NCBI GenBank assembly: GCA_016931185.1
Contig: JAFGFI010000028.1
Location: forward strand, 32,987 to 96,986
Reading direction: 5' to 3'
From: Anaerolineae bacterium
GTDB taxonomy: Bacteria > Chloroflexota > Anaerolineae > B4-G1 > SLSP01
Length of the DNA: 64,000 bases
Shown: positions 58,332 through 64,000 of the stretch, piece by piece
Numbering within the stretch: position 1 is the stretch's first letter
Layout of the letters: each line of letters opens with the position of its first letter
Position numbers and translations under genes: made by a program
The notes under the pieces: generated by a model
What the model was told of the DNA's origin: nothing
The model's input: the letters and a program-made list of their open reading frames with translations, nothing else
Database searches by the model: none

Positions 58332-59600
58332 ATGTCTGTTGCCGTAGAATTTAAAAATGTTTCTAAACGATTTATCCTTCAGCACGCGCGCGCAACGTCT
58401 TTTCAAGAGACATTGGTTGGCTTGTTTCGACGTCAAAAGAGGTCCAGTGAAAATTTTTGGGTTCTGCAAGACGTTAGCTTTCAATTGGAAGCCGGCAAGT
58501 CTATTGGTCTTATTGGAGTGAATGGCACCGGCAAGAGTACGGTTCTAAAGTTAATGTCGCACATTATCCAACCGACAGCGGGTGTAGTGAATGTTTTTGG
58601 GCGGGTAGGTGCATTGTTGGAGTTAGGGGCCGGTTTTCACCCAGATTTGACGGGCCGGGAAAATATTTATTTGCATAGTGCTATTTTAGGTGTATCGCGT
58701 GAGCACATTCAACGTCAATTAGATGAGATTGTTGCCTTTTCTGAATTAGAACAATTTATTGACGTACCGGTTAAACATTATTCTTCAGGAATGTATGTGC
58801 GTCTGGGCTTTGCGGTGGCGGTACACACAGAACCGGAAATTCTGTTGGTAGATGAAGTTTTAGCTGTGGGAGATGCGGCATTCCAACATAAATGTCTGGA
58901 TCGGATTGCCACTATGCGGCGTAAGGGGGTGACCATTGTTTTAGTTTCTCACAGCCCCGAATTAATTCAGTCATTTTGCGAAGAAGTGATTTGGTTGGAT
59001 GGTGGAAGAGTCCGTGCCTCTGGTCATGCTACCGATGTCGTTATGGAGTATATACGAGATATCGCGCGCAAAGAGAGAGAAGAGCAACAAACTATATCTC
59101 AACAAGAGGTGCTAGAACCTGAGGAATCTGCTGAAAGTTCCCCAATTGAAGAACCTGAGGAAAAGCAGCGGTGGGGGACCGGTAAGGTCAAAATTGTACG
59201 GGTTGAGTTGTATGTCAATGGAATGCCTGGGACTACTTTTGAGACTGGTGATCCGGTAGAGATTCGTCTCCATTATCATGCTGAAGATAAGGTAGTCGAG
59301 CCGATATTTGGGTTGGCAGTTCACCATCAAAATGGAACACATATTTGTGGCCCTAATACTAAGTTTGGACAATTGACTATTCCCGAAATTAAAGGTGACG
59401 GTATCATAACTTATCGAATACCTGCTTTAAATCTATTGGAGGGAAGTTATTTACTTTCAGTTGCTGTTGTGAATCAATACAATAGTGAGACGTATGATTA
59501 CCATGATCGATTATATCCTTTTCATGTGTATCGTGCTGAGAGCCAGGAGTTGTATGGCATAGTAACGCTTAACGGCAAATGGTCATGGTCATCTCCTTAG
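58332..59600 (+). CDS. wzt: Polysaccharide ABC exporter ATPase Wzt with a C-terminal carbohydrate-binding domain
   Basis: GVNGTGKST, LLELGAGFHPDLTGREN, YSSGMYVRL, DEVLAVGD, Wzt_C domain. Confidence 0.92.
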   Translation: MSVAVEFKNVSKRFILQHARATSFQETLVGLFRRQKRSSENFWVLQDVSFQLEAGKSIGLIGVNGTGKSTVLKLMSHIIQPTAGVVNVFGRVGALLELGAGFHPDLTGRENIYLHSAILGVSREHIQRQLDEIVAFSELEQFIDVPVKHYSSGMYVRLGFAVAVHTEPEILLVDEVLAVGDAAFQHKCLDRIATMRRKGVTIVLVSHSPELIQSFCEEVIWLDGGRVRASGHATDVVMEYIRDIARKEREEQQTISQQEVLEPEESAESSPIEEPEEKQRWGTGKVKIVRVELYVNGMPGTTFETGDPVEIRLHYHAEDKVVEPIFGLAVHHQNGTHICGPNTKFGQLTIPEIKGDGIITYRIPALNLLEGSYLLSVAVVNQYNSETYDYHDRLYPFHVYRAESQELYGIVTLNGKWSWSSP

Positions 59601-59637
59601 TTTGTTGTGTTGTTGCCTTAATGATGGAGAATAGGAA

Positions 59638-62600
59638 GTGATGGTTGATAACTTATCCAAACTATATGATGCTCATTATTATGCTCATAATTGTGGTGAG
59701 ATAGCCTATAAACGTGAAGCACCCTGGTTGGACTTTTTTGATCAAGTTGCTGAACGTATTGTCAAGGACATTCAACCCAAAACCGTTTTAGATGCTGGTT
59801 GTGCTATAGGACTTTTGGTTGAAGCGCTTCGTCGCCGTGGTGTCGAGGCTTTTGGGATAGATATTTCTGAATATGCTATCCAAAATGTACACCCAGATAT
59901 TCAGCCTTACTGTAGGGTAGGATCTATAACCGAGCCTTTCTCACAAACCTATGATCTTATCGTATCTATTGAGGTACTGGAACATATGTCACCTCAAGAC
60001 TCGGAACTGGCGGTGAGAAATTTTTGTGAGTATAGTGATGACGTCTTATTTTCATCCTCGCCATTGGATTACAAGGAAGTAACACATTTCAATGTTAACC
60101 CCCCCGATTATTGGACTGCACTTTTTGCGCGCCAGGGTTTTTTCCGCGATGTGGATTTTAATGCTTCATTTATTACAAATTGGGCTGTGCGATTTAGGAA
60201 GACATCAGAGCCAATTTATCGCGTTATCTTGCCGTATGAGCGCCGGTTGTGGCATTTACTTCAAGATGCACAGGCGACACGATTGTTAAATCTTGAGCAA
60301 AACGCCCAATTGACACATAAAGACAGTGTCATAGTAGAAAAGGATGCCCTGATAGCTCAGAAGGACGAAATGCTTGCCATATTGACAGCAACTTTGCACA
60401 AAGAACTTGATGAAGCTGCCGGGCGAGATCGAACTATTCAGGATCTGAATGATAAACTCACTGAACTTCAACATCAATATAATGTAGTTGCACATCGTTG
60501 GGATGCTTTAGAGGGCAGTGCGGGCTGGAAAGTTATGCTTGCATTACAGCAATTGCGCACGCGCATTGCGCCCCCACGGAGTATAAGAGATCAGCTCTTT
60601 CAAATTTTATTGGACACCATACGATCTCGACAACTCAAAGAATTGAAAAAGGCATTTGATCTAATTGGCGATGATCTCTCACATAAGGTGCACCTTGCAA
60701 GATGGCGCTGGCGTTCTGAGCGTTATCAGAGGAAAATGTTTGAGATCGGACTAATTGAAGAGCGACCTCCTGTTCAGCCACACCAGGTGTCTGTGGATAT
60801 TATCATCTGTATTCATAATGCCCTTAATGATGTGAAGCGCTGTTTGGAATCAGTGGTCACTTTAACTGAGCGGCCCTATACACTGGTTCTCGTTGATGAT
60901 GGTAGCGACCTAGAAACACAGGAGTACCTACTTCAATTTGTAGTTAATCACGACTACGTCGCTTTGCTCAGAAATGATGTAGCCCAAGGGTATACATTGG
61001 CGGCAAATCGCGGATTACGTTATTCCGAGGCTGACTATACGGTATTGTTGAATAGTGATACCATTGTGCCTCGTGGTTGGTTGGATCGTTTTATAGCTTG
61101 TGCTGGGTCTGACCCTCATATCGGCATCGTGGGACCGCTTTCTAATACAGCTTCGTGGCAATCTATTCCAGATGCGGAACCGTTGGGAGACAATAACTGG
61201 CCGATGAATCCCTTACCTGAGGGGATGACATTGGAAGAGATGGGGCAACTGTTAGCACAATATTCGCCCCGTATGTATCCTCAACTTCCTTTCCTGAACG
61301 GATTTTGCATGCTAATCCGTAAGGCCGTTATTGAGCAAATTGGTTATTTCGATGAAGAGAATTTCGGGGCCGGGTATGGCGAAGAAAATGATTACTGTAT
61401 ACGGGCACGTCAAGCCGGATGGCAGCTTGTATTAGCGGATGATACTTATATTTATCACGCGCAGGGGCGCAGTTATCCTAGTGAGCGACGAAAGCAACTG
61501 GATGTTCAAGCCAGCGCCGCGCTTTTGAGAAAACACGGTAACGAGATTCTGGAACAAGGGGTTAGGATTTGTCGTTATGGTCTGGTTATGCGAAGTATTC
61601 GCTCCCATACGCGCGCTCTGTTTGAATCCTATGGTTGGATTCGCAAAGGATATGATCGGTTTGCGGGGCGAAAAGTGTTGTTCTTGTTGCCCGTTATGGA
61701 TGTAGGGGGAGGAGCGGGCATTGTTATATTGACGGCCAGGTTGATGCGCCAAATGGGGGTAGAAGCGGAAATTTTTAACCTGGATATTTATCGCGAGGAA
61801 TTTGAACGTTCTTATCCGGAATTTGAGGTTCCCATGGTTTATGGGAAAGTTGGGGATATTGTAGAGATTGCCAGGCGCTATGATGCGGTGGTTGCTACAG
61901 CCTGTCTCACCGTAGACTGGTTGCTGCCTACAATTGAAGAACTTCCTGACCTGGTACGGGGTTATTTTATCCAGGACTTTGAACCTTACTTTTATTCGGC
62001 ACATACGGAAGCATTTGAACAGGCGTGGAACTCTTACACTATTGTGCCTGATTTGGTGCGCTTTTGTACAACAGAGTGGATCCATCAGCAGCTTATGCAA
62101 CGTATCGGGGTGGAATGTAGAATCATTGGTTCTCTTTTTGACGCGAATCGATTTTGGAAACGCCCACCTACAGGATCTCAATGGCCTGACCGCCCTTTGC
62201 GAGTCGCTGCGCTGATTCGTCCTTATTCTCAGCGCCGTGCGCCGCGATTTACGATGGAAGTACTGCGTCGTGTCTCCAAACAGGTTGGCGCTCAAGTGGA
62301 TATTTGGCTTTTCGGCACGGATATGAATGACCCTGACTTTGCGCAATTACCACAGGATTTTGCATGGAGGTTGGCAGGTAGACTCAACCGAGCGCAGGTA
62401 GCGCGTCTATTGAGTGAAGTGGATATCTTTGTGGACTTTTCAGAATTTCAGGCGATGGGATTGACGGCTTTGGAGGCTATGGCTTCTGGCGCCGCCGTAA
62501 TTGTTCCTAAAGAGGGGGGGGCTGGTTCTTATGCGCGGCATCGTGAGAATTGTCTGGTCGTAGATACGACCTCTTTAGATGAGTGTTCGCAAGCGTTGCG

Positions 62601-62730
62601 GTTGTTGATTAAGGATCATAAACTGCGAGTTCATATTCAGGGGAATGCGATTTTGGATGCAGGTGATTTTGCAGCAGCTAAACCGACATTTAATATCTTA
62701 GATACTCTTTTTCCATCTGGTGATCTATGA
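59638..62730 (+). CDS. Multidomain methyltransferase - coiled coil - GT2 - WsaF-like GT-B glycan biosynthesis protein
   Basis: VLDAGCAIG, EVLEH; heptad-rich region; VDDGSD, LLNSD, GYGEENDY; VVATA..T, YFIQDFEPYFY, GLTALEAMASG. Confidence 0.8.
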   Translation: MMVDNLSKLYDAHYYAHNCGEIAYKREAPWLDFFDQVAERIVKDIQPKTVLDAGCAIGLLVEALRRRGVEAFGIDISEYAIQNVHPDIQPYCRVGSITEPFSQTYDLIVSIEVLEHMSPQDSELAVRNFCEYSDDVLFSSSPLDYKEVTHFNVNPPDYWTALFARQGFFRDVDFNASFITNWAVRFRKTSEPIYRVILPYERRLWHLLQDAQATRLLNLEQNAQLTHKDSVIVEKDALIAQKDEMLAILTATLHKELDEAAGRDRTIQDLNDKLTELQHQYNVVAHRWDALEGSAGWKVMLALQQLRTRIAPPRSIRDQLFQILLDTIRSRQLKELKKAFDLIGDDLSHKVHLARWRWRSERYQRKMFEIGLIEERPPVQPHQVSVDIIICIHNALNDVKRCLESVVTLTERPYTLVLVDDGSDLETQEYLLQFVVNHDYVALLRNDVAQGYTLAANRGLRYSEADYTVLLNSDTIVPRGWLDRFIACAGSDPHIGIVGPLSNTASWQSIPDAEPLGDNNWPMNPLPEGMTLEEMGQLLAQYSPRMYPQLPFLNGFCMLIRKAVIEQIGYFDEENFGAGYGEENDYCIRARQAGWQLVLADDTYIYHAQGRSYPSERRKQLDVQASAALLRKHGNEILEQGVRICRYGLVMRSIRSHTRALFESYGWIRKGYDRFAGRKVLFLLPVMDVGGGAGIVILTARLMRQMGVEAEIFNLDIYREEFERSYPEFEVPMVYGKVGDIVEIARRYDAVVATACLTVDWLLPTIEELPDLVRGYFIQDFEPYFYSAHTEAFEQAWNSYTIVPDLVRFCTTEWIHQQLMQRIGVECRIIGSLFDANRFWKRPPTGSQWPDRPLRVAALIRPYSQRRAPRFTMEVLRRVSKQVGAQVDIWLFGTDMNDPDFAQLPQDFAWRLAGRLNRAQVARLLSEVDIFVDFSEFQAMGLTALEAMASGAAVIVPKEGGAGSYARHRENCLVVDTTSLDECSQALRLLIKDHKLRVHIQGNAILDAGDFAAAKPTFNILDTLFPSGDL

Positions 62731-63851
62731 GCCATTATAAGATTCACATTCTCTACGAATATGGTCTTGACCTTCGCCCTTATAGTAGCGCGTATATCCG
62801 CCTATTGCGCCCGTTAACCCATCCCGTTTTTCACGACGATTTGGAGATAACATCGGGATTGGTATACGAAGGGCAAAAGGTTGATGCCGTTATTCTCGAC
62901 CGTTTTTGGCGTCCTGCTTTTCCATTAGCTAAAGTTAAGCAACTCTTAGCGGATGTCAGAAGTACCGGCGCTAAACTGATTTACACTTTAGATGATAATT
63001 TTTTTGAACTTGCAAATGAAAAGAACAAGCAGGGTCCAGGTGAAGAACTACTTCAAACGCTTCGTTTTGTAATCCGGCAGGCCAATGGTATCGTGGTGAC
63101 CACGCCGATGTTGAAAGAAGTGGTTACTGAGAGTAATTCTAATGTCGTCATTATCCCCAATGTATTGGATGATCGTTTATTGGATGGCCGTCGTCTTCCC
63201 TGGGGAGCTTATCATTTTTCACTAAGGCAGCAACTACACCGGCTACGGAACGTGGCGTTAAGAAACTCTCATTTTCTGGAGCGAAAAAAGAAAATTATTG
63301 GTTATATGGGAACTTTTACCCATGACAATGATTTAATGATGATTTTACCTGCTTTGCAGGAAGTGACTGCCAGGTATGCTGATCAAGTCGAGTTACACAT
63401 CTTAGGCGTGACCGGTCGGTCAGCAACTTTGGCGGCTCTGCAGGGTATTCCATTGCGGGTTATAAATCTTTCTCCTGAGATGGCAGCTTATCCTAATTTT
63501 CTCACGTGGTTTTCAAGATGTATTCAATGGAGTGTGGCGGTTGCGCCGCTATGTGATACCGCTTTTAATCGCAGTAAATCGGATATTAAGTTTTTGGACT
63601 ATAGTGCTACGGGTACTGCTGGTATTTTCAGCCATGTTCCTGCTTATGCTTCGACGGTACGCCATTTAGAGACAGGCTGGCTGGTCGAAAATACGACAGA
63701 GGCTTGGATAGAAGCATTAGACACTTTACTTTCTAATCGTCGTTTGCGATATAAACTCGCTCGAAACGCTGCCCGTTATCTTTACCGGGAACGTATCGTG
63801 CCCCGTTACGCCCCCCAGTGGTTGGATGCATTGCGAAAATTTATAGGTTAA
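62727..63851 (+). CDS. GT-B glycosyltransferase (GT4-like)
   Basis: SSAYIRL, YTLDD, IGYMGTFTHDND, APLCDTAFNRSKSDIKFLDY. Confidence 0.8.
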   Translation: MSHYKIHILYEYGLDLRPYSSAYIRLLRPLTHPVFHDDLEITSGLVYEGQKVDAVILDRFWRPAFPLAKVKQLLADVRSTGAKLIYTLDDNFFELANEKNKQGPGEELLQTLRFVIRQANGIVVTTPMLKEVVTESNSNVVIIPNVLDDRLLDGRRLPWGAYHFSLRQQLHRLRNVALRNSHFLERKKKIIGYMGTFTHDNDLMMILPALQEVTARYADQVELHILGVTGRSATLAALQGIPLRVINLSPEMAAYPNFLTWFSRCIQWSVAVAPLCDTAFNRSKSDIKFLDYSATGTAGIFSHVPAYASTVRHLETGWLVENTTEAWIEALDTLLSNRRLRYKLARNAARYLYRERIVPRYAPQWLDALRKFIG

Positions 63852-63858
63852 GCTAATA

Positions 63859-64000
63859 ATGCTATCAGGATCTCGAACTGTCGCGTTGCTTGCTAATGAT
63901 GTTATTGGTATAGAGATGGCTGGCCCTGGCATCCGGTATTGGGAATTAGCTCAGGTGCTAGGCCACCACTTTCAAACCAAACTTATTATTCCACCTTTTA
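63859..64000 (+). CDS. Partial GT4-like glycosyltransferase (runs off the right edge)
   Basis: Manual translation MLSGSRTVALLANDVIGIEMAGPGIRYWELAQVL... Confidence 0.7.
   Translation, partial: MLSGSRTVALLANDVIGIEMAGPGIRYWELAQVLGHHFQTKLIIPPF

Noticed and set aside
61432-62346. 304-aa antisense ORF
   Set aside because: Lies entirely opposite the multidomain glycosyltransferase; no recognisable motifs.

Overview
Bacterial chromosomal window, most consistent with Chloroflexota (Anaerolineae-like). This is inferred from the acidic NusG N-extension, PTAVTL and Thr/Pro-rich anchored proteins, and abundant short palindromic repeats. From left to right: (1) an AT-rich Wzc/Wzx/Wzy-type polysaccharide module with two atypical LpxL-like acyltransferases and no glycosyltransferase; (2) GC-richer housekeeping genes, including add, a membrane spermidine-synthase-like protein and a convergent pcm with a lipoprotein signal; (3) rplL-rplJ-rplA-rplK-nusG-secE with four tRNAs; (4) an ABC-F gene with a leader-peptide/terminator attenuator; (5) a GT-C protein, alr, purA and a GlmU-cytidine deaminase fusion; (6) an Opp/Dpp-type ABC importer; (7) a ~13 kb cell-surface operon encoding a gingipain/PorU-like C25 peptidase, an S26 peptidase fused to an anchored protein, GT-C enzymes (including DUF2723/TMEM260-like), a flippase-like protein, DUF4012, and two Thr/Pro-rich proteins that share an identically spaced C-terminal anchor motif; (8) an ABC(Wzt)-dependent glycan locus with a methyltransferase-coiled-coil-GT2-WsaF-like protein. 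Block 7 is the best candidate for an undescribed protein sorting/glycosylation system. MITEs, GTAG-REP doublets and short palindromic repeats occur throughout, several of them in frame inside genes. Product calls come from motif recognition only; no database searches were run.
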